Positions 1 to 10,517 are shown, counted from the first letter of the stretch. The stretch is 58,693 nt of DNA from an uncultured Acetatifactor sp. (GCA_964531725.1 CAZHEM010000001.1:1-58693); one strand, 5' to 3'. A program made the numbers and translations. Notes: a model not told the origin generated them from the sequence alone.

Positions 1-252
1 GTTCTGGAATACCATTGCGATATCTCTATCTTTAGGCTCTACGTCGTTAACAACTCTGTCACCAATCTTTAATTCACCAGAAGAAATATCTTCCAAACCA
101 GCGATCATACGAAGAGTAGTAGATTTACCACATCCTGAAGGACCTACGAAAATGATGAATTCCTGATCAGCGATCTCTAAGTTGAAGTCTTTAACTGCTT
201 CAAATCCGTTAGGATACACTTTACAAACATTAGATAATGTTAAACTTGCCAT
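1..252 (-). CDS. msmX: Sugar ABC transporter ATP-binding protein, MsmX/MalK/UgpC family (5' part; runs off the window edge)
   Basis: Manual translation from ATG at 252: [54 protein letters not shown]...RDIAMVFQN. Walker A GPSGCGKS; SD AAAGGAG upstream. Not in the ORF track. Confidence 0.9.
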   Translation of the reverse strand, partial: MASLTLSNVCKVYPNGFEAVKDFNLEIADQEFIIFVGPSGCGKSTTLRMIAGLEDISSGELKIGDRVVNDVEPKDRDIAMVFQN

Positions 253-482
253 AATATAAACTCCTTTCGCGTTCACATTAGTTTCTTTATTGTCACAACT
301 TACGTTGTTCAACTCTTTTCATAGTATAGCGAAAAACCGCCATTTACGCCATGCCACTATTCCACAAAGATTTTGGCACAGATTGTAAAAGTTGCTTATA
401 AACTTTCCATTTTTTGGTTTTACTTGTCACTTTGACCAATTTTTTCATCTTTTTTAGTCAATATGTACAAACAAACCTTTTT

Positions 483-1214
483 CTACTTCTCTTCTACCTT
501 AAGACATTCATCCAACTCATCCTTGAAGATTCTTTCATCATCCTCAGAAGCTTCTTCTCGAATAATATTGCCTTCCTCATCTCTTGGTAAATTGGCTTCT
601 TCTATTTTATCCTCCAACTTCTTGAAAAATTTGGTATACAACATTGCAGACAAAAATGCTGGCAAAGACATACCAAACAAGAAAACAAATGGGAATAAAC
701 GCCATGAGAAAATCATAGCTGCAATTGGCAACAACGCAAATACTATCATCAAAATAGCCTTAGGAAATTGTAAAATTCCTACCATACAAGCATTTTTTAT
801 AGTTCCCATAATGGTATTCTCAAATTTTGCCAACAATGGAAATACAAAAGCACTTGTCAAAACCACTAAAATACCCACAAAGGTAATTCCCATTTGCACC
901 CACTTATTGAATTCAATATCCGATTTATTTAATATATAGAAATCTCCAATAAGTAATGCTGAAACAACCAGTAAAATCAGCCAAATCACAGTAGCCTTTT
1001 TAAAGTTCTCTTTAAATGCTTTGAAAAAGCCCCTTGTAATATAGCACTCCTCATCTCTAACAATCTTCAATGCCATATAATGCATTGCCGTTAATGATGC
1101 TCCTGCTGTAAAAATAGGTAAACAACAAACCATAGTCAAAATATTAAGCCACATCAAATCTGCAACCTTATTTAAAACATGTATCAATGGGCTATCAATA
1201 TCAAAAAGTTTCAT
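483..1214 (-). CDS. YesL/DUF624 family integral membrane protein
   Basis: N-terminal 'DLMWLNILTMVCCLPIFTAGASLTAMHY' and 'FFKAFKENFKKAT' motifs; several TM segments; next to a sugar ABC ATPase. Confidence 0.85.
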   Translation of the reverse strand: MKLFDIDSPLIHVLNKVADLMWLNILTMVCCLPIFTAGASLTAMHYMALKIVRDEECYITRGFFKAFKENFKKATVIWLILLVVSALLIGDFYILNKSDIEFNKWVQMGITFVGILVVLTSAFVFPLLAKFENTIMGTIKNACMVGILQFPKAILMIVFALLPIAAMIFSWRLFPFVFLFGMSLPAFLSAMLYTKFFKKLEDKIEEANLPRDEEGNIIREEASEDDERIFKDELDECLKVEEK

Positions 1215-1259
1215 TTCTTTTGTTCCTTTCTACTACAAAATTTCTAGCTATAAGGCCCC

Positions 1260-1745
1260 TCAAAAGATTTTTTGCATAGGTGTTACGTGAATGCCCGAAT
1301 AATGTTCCTCTGGCCCGACTTGTGTAAAACCTATTTTACGATAAAAAACAACTGCGTAGGGAGCAGCTTTTAAGGACATGAATTTCTCCCCCACTTCCTC
1401 AGCAAGGTACTTACACATAACCTCAATTAATGCACTCCCTATTCCCTGATGATGATAATGTTCATCAACAAAAAGCAACGATAGATGATTGCCATTACGC
1501 ACGGATGCCATACCAATAATTTGTTCTCCATCAAGAGCTACAAGCACTTGATAATTCCCTGATAGAAATCTAGAATACAAATCCTCATCGGTTACAAACT
1601 CAAAAAAATTGCGAATTCCTTCTTCTGTGTAATCCTGTCCTTCAAATTTTAGAAAAGTCTTCCATACCATGGTCATAGTATCTGCCCACTCGTCTGGTCT
1701 CGCCCATCTAATCTCATATGGGAAATGATTCTGCATCCCTCTCAC
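1260..1745 (-). CDS. GNAT family N-acetyltransferase
   Basis: 'LFVDEHYHHQGIGSALI' acetyl-CoA motif A and 'AVVFYRKIGF' motif B. Confidence 0.85.
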   Translation of the reverse strand: MRGMQNHFPYEIRWARPDEWADTMTMVWKTFLKFEGQDYTEEGIRNFFEFVTDEDLYSRFLSGNYQVLVALDGEQIIGMASVRNGNHLSLLFVDEHYHHQGIGSALIEVMCKYLAEEVGEKFMSLKAAPYAVVFYRKIGFTQVGPEEHYSGIHVTPMQKIF

Positions 1746-1760
1746 TATATCGCCCCATTT

Positions 1761-2696
1761 CTAATTCAACACGTTTGCTGTTATCCACTGATAAATATCT
1801 TCCATTACCTGTTCTTTATCTGTCTCATTTAAAAGCTCATGTCGATCAGACTCATACATCTTTAGTTTAAGGTTCTTGATACCAACCTCTTTTAAAGAAT
1901 TAAAAGCTCTTTGGATACCCACACCATATTCGCCTACTGGGTCAGCATCGCCTGCTACCATAAAAATAGGCAGTTCCTTAGGTACCTTTTCTAGATTTTC
2001 CCTCTTCTGTATTCTAGAAATCAGCTCAAATAGAGTTTCAAAACCATTCACAGTAAATGTAAATCCGCAATGAGGGTGTGCAACGTACTTATCTACTTCC
2101 TCCGTGTCCTTAGATAACCAATCAACAGGAGTTCTTGGATTCTCAATTTTTGCATTATAGTTGCCAAAAGCACATTTATCAATGAACTTAGCAACATGCT
2201 TAGAACCAAAAAACAATTTCTGCACACGCACCATAGTCTTCGATATAGCAATTAATGCCTTAGGCTGCATTCCAGTACTCATAATAATAGCACCAGAAAT
2301 TCCTTTGCCATATCTGCATAAGTAATTGCGAAGGATAAAAGAACCCATGCTATGTCCTAATACTACATATGGCACATCTGGATAGAGTACCTCTGTCATC
2401 TTTTTCAAACGATGAGAGTCTCTTACTACCACAGTAGCTGGATCCTGTTCGCAGAAGTAGCCAAACTGGCCACCTTCTGCTACAGACTGACCGTGTCCTA
2501 AATGGTCTTCTGCCACTAAAACACATCCTCTATCTGTTAGAAACTGGGCAAAGCCCTCGTATCGTTCCTTATACTCACTCATTCCATGAATAACCTGAAC
2601 GACACACTTCACTTCTCCATCATCTGGCATATAACGAACTGCATGAATCTTATTGATTCCGTCTCTGGAGTCAAAGTAAAACTTTTCCTGTTTCAT
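1761..2696 (-). CDS. Alpha/beta hydrolase (lysophospholipase-like, Hydrolase_4)
   Basis: HGMSEY, DHLGHG, nucleophile GHSMG, C-terminal RHELLNE. Confidence 0.9.
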   Translation of the reverse strand: MKQEKFYFDSRDGINKIHAVRYMPDDGEVKCVVQVIHGMSEYKERYEGFAQFLTDRGCVLVAEDHLGHGQSVAEGGQFGYFCEQDPATVVVRDSHRLKKMTEVLYPDVPYVVLGHSMGSFILRNYLCRYGKGISGAIIMSTGMQPKALIAISKTMVRVQKLFFGSKHVAKFIDKCAFGNYNAKIENPRTPVDWLSKDTEEVDKYVAHPHCGFTFTVNGFETLFELISRIQKRENLEKVPKELPIFMVAGDADPVGEYGVGIQRAFNSLKEVGIKNLKLKMYESDRHELLNETDKEQVMEDIYQWITANVLN

Positions 2697-2725
2697 ATTT
2701 CACCCTCCATTGTTCTTTTAATCTA

Positions 2726-4708
2726 TTAGCAAATTTCAGCTCCTGCTGGCATCTCTTTTTCAGGAGTCATAAGTGCAAGATTACCTTCCGCATCCTCTGC
2801 GCAAAGTAACATTCCCTCTGACAATACACCAGCCAATTTTGCAGGCTTCAAGTTCACAAGAACCATTACCTTCTTACCTACCATCTCTTCTGCAGTGTAG
2901 TGTCCCTTAATTCCAGATACAATCTGACGAACCTGACTACCTACACGCACCTGACTGCAAAGTAATTTCTTAGACTTTGGCACTTCCTCACAAGCAATAA
3001 TTTCGCCTACCTGGAACTGCATCTTCTCGAAATCTTCATAGCTAATCTCTGCTTTTGGCTCAATATCAATTACATTATCATCTGCCTGCTCTTCGCTAGC
3101 AGCCGCTGCCATCATTGCCTCGGCAAGAGCAGCTTCTTTTTCTGCTACCTCTTTCATATCAAGACGGGCAAATAAAATCTCTGGCTTATCAGTAACCTTC
3201 GTTCCATTTGCGTATAAACCAAAGGTCTCAAGCTGGTCGAAACCTCTTAAATTGGTATTTAACTGAGCAACGATTTTCTCAGCGGTCTCAGGCATAAATG
3301 GCTCTAAAAGGGAAGCACCAATTACAATGCCTTCAACTAAATTATAAAGCACAGTTGCTAATCTGTCAGCCTTTGCTTCATCTTTAGCAAGTACCCATGG
3401 TTCTGTCTCGTCAATGTATTTATTACATCTCTTGAATACAGCGAAAATCTCTGTTAACGCATCTGCCACACGCAAAGTAGCCATCTTGTCTACTACTTTT
3501 GCGTAAGCACCAGTTACGGTTGCCTTCAAATCTTCATCAATAGCACTTTCTTCTGTGCTTGCTACATTACCCTTATTGTCTACCACGCCATCAAAGTACT
3601 TATTGCTCATAGAGATGGTACGATTTACTAAGTTACCCAAAGTATTAGCCAAATCAGAGTTCAAACGCTCTGCTACCAATTCCCATGTGACATTACCGTC
3701 ATTATCGTATGGCATTTCATGGAGTACATAGTAACGTACTGCATCTACACCGAAGAAATCCACTAAATCATCAGCATATACAACGTTACCTTTAGACTTA
3801 CTCATCTTGCCACCGCCCATTAACAACCATGGATGACCAAATACCTGCTTAGGCAATGGCTCACCAAGTGCCATTAAGAAGATTGGCCAATAAATAGTAT
3901 GGAAGCGGATAATATCCTTACCAATCAAATGTAAGTCTGCTGGCCACAACTGCTTATACTGCTCGGTATGGTTACCATCTGCGTCAAAGCCAATGCCAGT
4001 GATATAGTTGGTCAAAGCATCTAACCATACATATACTACATGCTTATCATCAAAATCTACTGGAATACCCCATTTGAAGGAGGTTCTGGATACACATAAA
4101 TCCTGTAAACCTGGAAGCAAGAAATTATTCATCATCTCATTCTTACGGGATACAGGCTGAATAAATTCTGGATGCTCGTTAATATGTTTGATTAACTTGT
4201 CCGCATATTTGCTCATACGGAAGAAATATGCTTCTTCCTTTGCAGGTTTCACTTCTCTACCGCAGTCAGGACATTTGCCGTCTACCAACTGAGACTCGGT
4301 CCAGAAAGACTCACATGGAGTACAGTATAAACCTTCGTAAGCACTCTTATAGATATCTCCTTGGTCATAAAGACGCTTGAAAATTTTCTGTACCTGTTTC
4401 TCATGATAATCATCAGTAGTACGGATGAATTTATCATAAGATACATTCAACATATCGCAAAGTCCCTGAATAGTTCCTGCTACCTCGTCTACGAATTCCT
4501 TTGGAGTTACGCCAGCTTCCTGTGCCTTTAATTCAATCTTCTGGCCATGCTCATCTGTACCTGTCTGGAAGAATACATCATATCCTTCTTTTCTCTTAAA
4601 TCTGGCAATGCTATCTGCCAATACTACTTCGTAGTTGTTACCGATATGTGGCTTACCTGAAGTGTAAGCAATAGCAGTCGTAAGATAATATTTACCTTTG
4701 TTTTCCAT
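2726..4708 (-). CDS. metG: Methionine--tRNA ligase with C-terminal tRNA-binding domain
   Basis: HIGN and KMSKS motifs, Zn knuckle CTPC...CPDC, C-terminal OB/Trbp domain. Confidence 0.98.
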   Translation of the reverse strand: MENKGKYYLTTAIAYTSGKPHIGNNYEVVLADSIARFKRKEGYDVFFQTGTDEHGQKIELKAQEAGVTPKEFVDEVAGTIQGLCDMLNVSYDKFIRTTDDYHEKQVQKIFKRLYDQGDIYKSAYEGLYCTPCESFWTESQLVDGKCPDCGREVKPAKEEAYFFRMSKYADKLIKHINEHPEFIQPVSRKNEMMNNFLLPGLQDLCVSRTSFKWGIPVDFDDKHVVYVWLDALTNYITGIGFDADGNHTEQYKQLWPADLHLIGKDIIRFHTIYWPIFLMALGEPLPKQVFGHPWLLMGGGKMSKSKGNVVYADDLVDFFGVDAVRYYVLHEMPYDNDGNVTWELVAERLNSDLANTLGNLVNRTISMSNKYFDGVVDNKGNVASTEESAIDEDLKATVTGAYAKVVDKMATLRVADALTEIFAVFKRCNKYIDETEPWVLAKDEAKADRLATVLYNLVEGIVIGASLLEPFMPETAEKIVAQLNTNLRGFDQLETFGLYANGTKVTDKPEILFARLDMKEVAEKEAALAEAMMAAAASEEQADDNVIDIEPKAEISYEDFEKMQFQVGEIIACEEVPKSKKLLCSQVRVGSQVRQIVSGIKGHYTAEEMVGKKVMVLVNLKPAKLAGVLSEGMLLCAEDAEGNLALMTPEKEMPAGAEIC

Positions 4709-4754
4709 AATAGTTCTCCTTTTCTTTATAAATCAGTTGGAAATCTGAAGACAT

Positions 4755-5045
4755 AAAGAAAGCCCGTCTTCTATTCCTAATAGAAGACGAGCTATATACC
4801 CGTGGTACCACTTCTGTTCATCTGCTTCTCGCAAAGCAGACCTCATCGGGTCATTAACCCTATTCGCTATAACAGGCGAAACCTGTCGCAGCCTTACTTC
4901 CGCATCTGCGGTCAGCTCGGTGCGCTGCTCAGAAGCCATCTTCCACTTCTCTAGCTTGGTTCCTCTCAGCAATCTGTGATGCGATATCACTGGAACGTTC
5001 TCTGTAAAGTATTGAAAAAGTGTACTCTCTTCGTCATCGCTTTTC
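4755..5045 (-). promoter_or_regulatory. T-box riboswitch (Met specifier) upstream of metG
   Basis: On the minus strand: stem I AGAGA and GCTGAGA motifs, AUG specifier at 4939-4937, T-box AGAAGTGGTACCACG (4815-4801), then terminator AGCTCGTCTTCTATT-AGG-AATAGAAGACGGGCT plus U-tract. Confidence 0.92.
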
Positions 5046-5071
5046 TAATATAAACATAAGGTTAGCATAAT

Positions 5072-5626
5072 TTAAACCTTTCTGTCAATGTGATATTCTA
5101 CACTTTCTTCTTTTGTTGCCTCTTCCTTCTTCACGGCAGTTTTGCTATAACGTTCTTTCTTCGGCAATTCTTCTTTCGATTCCTCTTTCTTAGCAAAGTA
5201 GTTCCCCCCTGTAAATTCGGAAAACCACTTTACTAACGACTGCGTTATTGCTTGCACCCTGTATTTTACTTTCTGGAAGAGAACCCAACTCTGTAAATCT
5301 CGCTTTATTTCTGCCACAAAATAAGGATTAAACTGTATTCGTTTAGGATCTATGTCGTCTATCTTAAGTATGTGTGTTTTCACCAAAAGGGCTACTACTT
5401 TGCCCCTTGTTTGGCTCCAATGTTGCTTGAGCCAGAACAATAGAGACAATTGCTTCCCTTCTTGCGTATCAACACACTCCTTCTGACGTCTGCTGGATAT
5501 CTCCACGGTGTCACAAATACCATCAACCTTGGCAGGCTTTGGCACTTCCGACTCGCTTATATGCGTACGCCCCGCATCTTGATATACATTCGAACTAGGA
5601 ATTCCGTTAAATCCATCAATGCGCAT
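5072..5626 (-). CDS. Hypothetical protein (FlgM-like N-terminal motif)
   Basis: 184-aa ORF 8 bp downstream of the response regulator; begins MRIDG...DTVEISS. Confidence 0.6.
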   Translation of the reverse strand: MRIDGFNGIPSSNVYQDAGRTHISESEVPKPAKVDGICDTVEISSRRQKECVDTQEGKQLSLLFWLKQHWSQTRGKVVALLVKTHILKIDDIDPKRIQFNPYFVAEIKRDLQSWVLFQKVKYRVQAITQSLVKWFSEFTGGNYFAKKEESKEELPKKERYSKTAVKKEEATKEESVEYHIDRKV

Positions 5627-5634
5627 AGAATCGC

Positions 5635-6390
5635 CTACATTCCCTTTCTCTTTTCAAAGAAATCATCCACAGCCTTTACAATCTCCTGTGGTGACATGGT
5701 CTTAAGCAAATAGCCTTCTGGCTTTAGTGCCATCACATTCATAACACTTTCTTTATCTCCCTTGCTAGTAAGGAAAATAACTGGAATATCTGCAAAATCA
5801 GTCTCTGTACGAATCATTTCCAGCACTTGTCTACCGTCTACTACTGGCATCTCGTAATCAAGCAATACTAAGTCCGGGCGATTCATGGTCAAATACTTGA
5901 TTGCCATAGCTCCTGAATTAGCCAAAATCACATGATACTTTTCTTCTAGCCAGCCCTTTGCATTACGGAGCATCGCACCGGAATCATCTACTACCAAAAC
6001 TTTCTTTTTGTTATGATTACCATAGTTCTTAATATATTCATCTACATTTTCAACCAATTCATTCACATTAATAGGACGTAAGAATTCCTTCTGAATCAGG
6101 TGCTTTGGAATCACATTCTCAATCTTTTTCATCTCATCTACGTCACCGATTGGGAAAATAGGTGTATCATCCTCTGCTGCTTTATCCTTTAGATAGATAA
6201 GCGCTTGCTGTTTATCAACAAGCTTCTCATCTGCATAAATCAAAATAGCGCTCATTGTATCCTTAATTCTGCTGATGGCATCTGTATCTGCACCAACAAT
6301 CTGCACACTGTACTCAAGCTCCTCCATCCTGCCTTGTAATGATGTTACTAAATAGCTTGGTGTCTCAACAACAATTAATACATTATGCAT
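5635..6390 (-). CDS. Response regulator: degenerate N-terminal receiver plus intact C-terminal receiver, no DNA-binding domain
   Basis: C-terminal half has VVDDS, LLDYEMP, FLTS and YLLK receiver motifs; the N-terminal half is receiver-like without the DD acidic pocket. Confidence 0.85.
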   Translation of the reverse strand: MHNVLIVVETPSYLVTSLQGRMEELEYSVQIVGADTDAISRIKDTMSAILIYADEKLVDKQQALIYLKDKAAEDDTPIFPIGDVDEMKKIENVIPKHLIQKEFLRPINVNELVENVDEYIKNYGNHNKKKVLVVDDSGAMLRNAKGWLEEKYHVILANSGAMAIKYLTMNRPDLVLLDYEMPVVDGRQVLEMIRTETDFADIPVIFLTSKGDKESVMNVMALKPEGYLLKTMSPQEIVKAVDDFFEKRKGM

Positions 6391-6417
6391 AGTGTAATCC
6401 TCCGTTTGTCATAGTAT

Positions 6418-9225
6418 TTATTCTTCCGTAAGAAGTTGAATCATCTCGTCTGTAGTACTCATTACTTCTTCCATCGCCACATCTGCTACATAAGCGCGAA
6501 GTAGCTCTATCTTTTCTTGGCATGCACTTGGAATCTGACATTCCTCTAATTGCTTCATAGCCTCGTCCACGGTATCTAAGTCAAAACCATCCATGGCATA
6601 TCGCAGTTTTTGCAATATCTCTATTAATTCTGCCTTAGATGCTTCCTTTTTATCCTGTTCTTGTCCTTCCGCAAAAGGCTTTAAAATAGGCTTATAGCTA
6701 CGGTATTTTTCAAGAACCTCCGGAGTCCTCTGCACAAGTGCCTCTACTTCCTCAGCGTTACCTAGCATCTCCATCTGGTAAAACATCTCTGATAATTCCA
6801 TAGCCCCAATCATTCTTGCAGTATTCTTTAGTGCATGTACTTCAATGGTATAGTCTCTAATCATTCCATCTGCCAAACACTTTTCGATCTTGGTAGACTT
6901 CATATCAATCAGCTTATAAAAATCTCCCAATAGGCTTAAGAACAATTCCTTGCTTCCTGAGTTCTTAACACCCTCTTGCACATCTAAACCTTCAATTGCA
7001 GGTAAATCATCGGCATCAACCGCATTGTTCATCTGCACTTGCGTCTCAATAATAAGCTCCGATGGCAACCATTTGCGAATAACCTTGCAGATATCTTTCA
7101 TGTCAATAGGCTTTGCTACAAAGTCATTCATGCCCGCTTGGAAAAAGCTCTCACGAACTTCCTTAATAGCATTCGCAGAAAGTGCCACAACTGGAAGCTG
7201 TTTATAATAAGCATCTTCCACCCTGCGCAGGCGTTTAGTGGCTTCAATTCCATCCATAACTGGCATCATATGATCCATGAATACCAAGTGATAACGCTTT
7301 TTCTCAATCATCTGAAGTGCTTTTGCACCATCCTCCGCAAAATCCATCTTCATCTGCAATGGTTCTAATAATCCCTTCGCCACTTTACGATTCATTTCAT
7401 TGTCATCAACAATTAATATATCGGCATCGGGTGCAATAAAGTTCAGAGTTTCCATTGGTTCTGATACAATGTCCTCCTGATTCGTAGGGATAGTCTGATG
7501 AACTGTAAAATAGAATTCACTACCCTTTCCATACTCACTTCTGACACCTATGTCACCATCCATCAATTCTACCAACTGCTTCGAAATCGCTAATCCTAAT
7601 CCTGTTCCCTCTACATTGCGGTTCTTCTTGGTGTCCACTCTTTGGAAAGAATGGAACAATTTCTCCAAATCTTCTTTGTGAATACCTTGTCCGGTATCTT
7701 TTACCGAGAAATATAGTTCTATATCGCTGCCTTCTATCTTCTGAACCTGTGCACTTAGCTTCACATAGCCTTCTTGCGTGAATTTCGTGGCGTTATTAGC
7801 TAAGTTAAGAATTACCTGACGCAGACGAAGAGAATCACCATACAAACGGTTTGGAATTCTATCATCTATGTCAAATATTAAATCTATATCTTTATCTCCA
7901 ATACGGTTGAGAAGAATCATACGTAAATCACTAAACATAGTTCTTGGCATATAATCTTCCTCAACAATATCCATTTTCCCTGATTCAATCTTAGAAAAGT
8001 CAAGAATATCATTAACAATGCCTAGCAATGCATTCCCAGAATTCTTGATATTTTCCATATATTCTTTCTGTTGCTTAGGCATGTCCTCACGCAACAGAAT
8101 CTCTGTCATTCCAACAATAGCGTTCATAGGCGTACGAATCTCATGAGACATGTTCGACATAAAGTTCGCCCTTGCCTCACTAGCTTCTTCCGCCTTCGTC
8201 TTCGCTATCTGTAATTCTTCAATATATTGGTGGTCTCTTGTCTCATCAGTTAGAATCAAGGTGTAACCATATACTTTACCGCCTTGATCTAGGCTTGCTA
8301 CCTTTTTGCGAAAGTAACGATCCCCTATACAAAATTCTTCTTCCGCTTCTTTAAAATAATAATGCAATTCCTTAGAAATGCTGGTATTCTTTGCCTTGTG
8401 TTTCAACTCGGGGAATAATTCTTTAGCGTATGCATTGGAATCAACATATCCAAATGCACTATCTACAATAATGAACACTTCTCGAATGTGTTCAAATAAT
8501 ACGTCTCGTCCCCTATCTGTAATATTAAATAATTCACCCTTGATTACACTTTGTATAATAATAAAAATCGCTATAGATGAGCTAATTGGAACAATATCAA
8601 AGGGTGGTTTAAAAATTGCAGTAAATGAAAAAGCAGCCATGATAATCAACTGCGCTCCAACTACTCTAGCAAGATTATTTCTCTCCGTTTGTAAGGCCGT
8701 TCTAAATAGACGCGATATAGTATAAATTACAATATACCCTAACCATACGCTAAGAACTCCATAACGTATCGTCATTAGAATTCCATTATCAGTCTGAATA
8801 TAGTGAAATCCCATCTTCTCCTGTTCCATCCAGTCAGTGTCTGCATAAAACATCTTATTATAGTTATCATTCCACATAGTAAAAACACCAATCATTTCAA
8901 TCAGTGCCCATACATTAAAAATAAATTGTGGCAATCTAATCTTTAGATAGGAGGCAACAAACCTTATAAAGAAAAAATAAAATATTACGTTACCCAAATA
9001 GCTAAGCTTCATAGCCTGCATTGCCGCATCTAACCCTGTTGACTGCAACACGAGTAAATAGCAGCCATTAATAAACAGGCAGCTTATGTTTGCCAAAGTC
9101 AAATTCGCAGAAGCCTCCGTAAATTCTTTCTTCAGCAGGGTAACAACACCCACTAATGGAATAAATATACCAACAATCTGAATAATACGAATGATTTCCA
9201 TTCCTATATTCGAATTCCACTCCAT
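6418..9225 (-). CDS. Hybrid sensor histidine kinase (multi-TM sensor, HisKA, HATPase, REC, Hpt)
   Basis: H-box SHEIRTPMN, N-box NLANNATKFT, DTGQG, GTGLGLAI, receiver FMDHMMP, Hpt VHALKNTARMIGA; about 7 N-terminal TM helices. Confidence 0.95.
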   Translation of the reverse strand: MEWNSNIGMEIIRIIQIVGIFIPLVGVVTLLKKEFTEASANLTLANISCLFINGCYLLVLQSTGLDAAMQAMKLSYLGNVIFYFFFIRFVASYLKIRLPQFIFNVWALIEMIGVFTMWNDNYNKMFYADTDWMEQEKMGFHYIQTDNGILMTIRYGVLSVWLGYIVIYTISRLFRTALQTERNNLARVVGAQLIIMAAFSFTAIFKPPFDIVPISSSIAIFIIIQSVIKGELFNITDRGRDVLFEHIREVFIIVDSAFGYVDSNAYAKELFPELKHKAKNTSISKELHYYFKEAEEEFCIGDRYFRKKVASLDQGGKVYGYTLILTDETRDHQYIEELQIAKTKAEEASEARANFMSNMSHEIRTPMNAIVGMTEILLREDMPKQQKEYMENIKNSGNALLGIVNDILDFSKIESGKMDIVEEDYMPRTMFSDLRMILLNRIGDKDIDLIFDIDDRIPNRLYGDSLRLRQVILNLANNATKFTQEGYVKLSAQVQKIEGSDIELYFSVKDTGQGIHKEDLEKLFHSFQRVDTKKNRNVEGTGLGLAISKQLVELMDGDIGVRSEYGKGSEFYFTVHQTIPTNQEDIVSEPMETLNFIAPDADILIVDDNEMNRKVAKGLLEPLQMKMDFAEDGAKALQMIEKKRYHLVFMDHMMPVMDGIEATKRLRRVEDAYYKQLPVVALSANAIKEVRESFFQAGMNDFVAKPIDMKDICKVIRKWLPSELIIETQVQMNNAVDADDLPAIEGLDVQEGVKNSGSKELFLSLLGDFYKLIDMKSTKIEKCLADGMIRDYTIEVHALKNTARMIGAMELSEMFYQMEMLGNAEEVEALVQRTPEVLEKYRSYKPILKPFAEGQEQDKKEASKAELIEILQKLRYAMDGFDLDTVDEAMKQLEECQIPSACQEKIELLRAYVADVAMEEVMSTTDEMIQLLTEE

Positions 9226-9254
9226 GCACTCACTACCTTTCCCAATAGACGATC

Positions 9255-9692
9255 TTACTCAGACATCTTTCCCAATAACTTGTGTAGCAATCGATGTAAC
9301 TGCTCAGCATCTTCTCTATCAAGATGCACACAGCCACCAATCTTGGCAGGAATTGTTACTGCTTGCTCCTTCAAGGCTTCACCTTCGCTGGTTAATGTAA
9401 TAATTAAATTGCGTTCATCTACCTTGGCTCTTGTGCGCAGAATATATCCCTTCTGCTCCAATTTCTTAAGCAGAGGAGTCAACGTTCCAGAGTCTAGATA
9501 CAAATACTCGCCCAACTCCTTTACGTTGACTTCTTTTTTCTCCCACATAACCATCATAGCTATGTACTGGGTATATGTTAAATCAATCTCATCCAAAAAT
9601 GGTTTATACTGACGTACCACTTCCTTTGCACAGGCATAAAGTGGAAAACACATCTGATTCTCCAATTTCAAAACATCGTATTTATCTGACAT
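9255..9692 (-). CDS. ohrR: OhrR-type MarR family peroxide-sensing repressor
   Basis: 'LKLENQMCFPLYA' with the conserved reactive Cys; 'LDSGTLTPLLKKLE', 'DER'; adjacent to gpx. Confidence 0.88.
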   Translation of the reverse strand: MSDKYDVLKLENQMCFPLYACAKEVVRQYKPFLDEIDLTYTQYIAMMVMWEKKEVNVKELGEYLYLDSGTLTPLLKKLEQKGYILRTRAKVDERNLIITLTSEGEALKEQAVTIPAKIGGCVHLDREDAEQLHRLLHKLLGKMSE

Positions 9693-9806
9693 TGGTCTCC
9701 TCCGTAATCTGACTATATCTCTTCTATCAGATAATTATATACCATTTTATTTTATACGTCACTTCAATTCTTTTAAGTTTACACTAATTTCACATATTTA
9801 TCCCTC

Positions 9807-10283
9807 TTATTTTAGTAACATTGCAATACACTTATCGATGTCTTCTGGTTTGGTAGTTGGTGCAAAACGTGCTACCACTTTTCCATTCTGATCTACTAAG
9901 AACTTGGTGAAGTTCCATTTAATTTTACTTCCGAAAGTACCTCGCTTCTTGGATTTCAAGTAGGTAAATAAAGGCTCTGCATTATCACCATTTACATCTA
10001 CTTTGGCAAACTGAGGGAATGTAATTCCATATCTACCGCTACAAAATGAAGCGATTTCTTCAGCATTGCCAGGTGCCTGATTACCAAATTGGTTACAAGG
10101 AAAATCTAGAATTTCTAAACCTTGCTCTTGATACTTGTCATATAAATCTTGCAAACCATCATACTGTGGAGTAAAACCACATCCCGTTGCAGTATTCACA
10201 ATTAACAATACCTTTCCTTCGTAATCCTTCATTGCTACATCGTTACCTTTTCCATCTTTTACTACATAATCATAAATACCCAT
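9807..10283 (-). CDS. gpx: Glutathione peroxidase family thiol peroxidase (Cys-type)
   Basis: NTATGCGFT, FPCNQFG and WNFTKFL signatures. Confidence 0.95.
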   Translation of the reverse strand: MGIYDYVVKDGKGNDVAMKDYEGKVLLIVNTATGCGFTPQYDGLQDLYDKYQEQGLEILDFPCNQFGNQAPGNAEEIASFCSGRYGITFPQFAKVDVNGDNAEPLFTYLKSKKRGTFGSKIKWNFTKFLVDQNGKVVARFAPTTKPEDIDKCIAMLLK

Positions 10284-10305
10284 AATCTTGTCTCCTTTTT
10301 CAATT

Positions 10306-10365
10306 AAATTGCACGCAATGTTTCTTTGTTAATTGCATTGTATGCTATTTAATTGTATTTGTCAA
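10306..10365 (-). promoter_or_regulatory. SigA promoter of gpx overlapped by putative OhrR operators
   Basis: TTGACA (10365-10360), 17 bp, TACAAT (10342-10337); palindrome ATTGC-AC-GCAAT at 10308-10319 and AATTGTA half-sites resembling the B. subtilis OhrR box. Confidence 0.7.
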
Positions 10366-10390
10366 CACATTTTTTTCGTCTCATATAAAA

Positions 10391-10460
10391 AAAACTTTCT
10401 TACACTGGAAGCACGCCCTTAACATCAGGTTTTAAGGCACTTCTCAGTGCAGAAAGTTTT
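10391..10460 (-). terminator. Long imperfect hairpin, probable terminator of the GH2 gene
   Basis: AAAACTTTCT...AGAAAGTTTT outer stem with inner CACTG/CAGTG and CCTTAA/TTAAGG pairings; T-tract on the minus strand. Confidence 0.6.
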
Positions 10461-10517
10461 CTTAACATAATGTTATGTAATTCAAGTAACAAATACTTAT
10501 AAATGTAGGCATATCAT

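Noticed and set aside
4733-4990. 85-aa ORF upstream of metG
   Set aside because: It coincides with the T-box leader RNA and has no protein features.
9807-10283. Selenocysteine in Gpx
   Set aside because: The active-site codon is TGT (Cys) and the frame is uninterrupted.
10461-10485. dif-like sequence TTAACATAA-TG-TTATGTAA
   Set aside because: One arm resembles the XerD site, but the spacer is 2 bp rather than 6, and gene orientation does not switch here as expected at a terminus.
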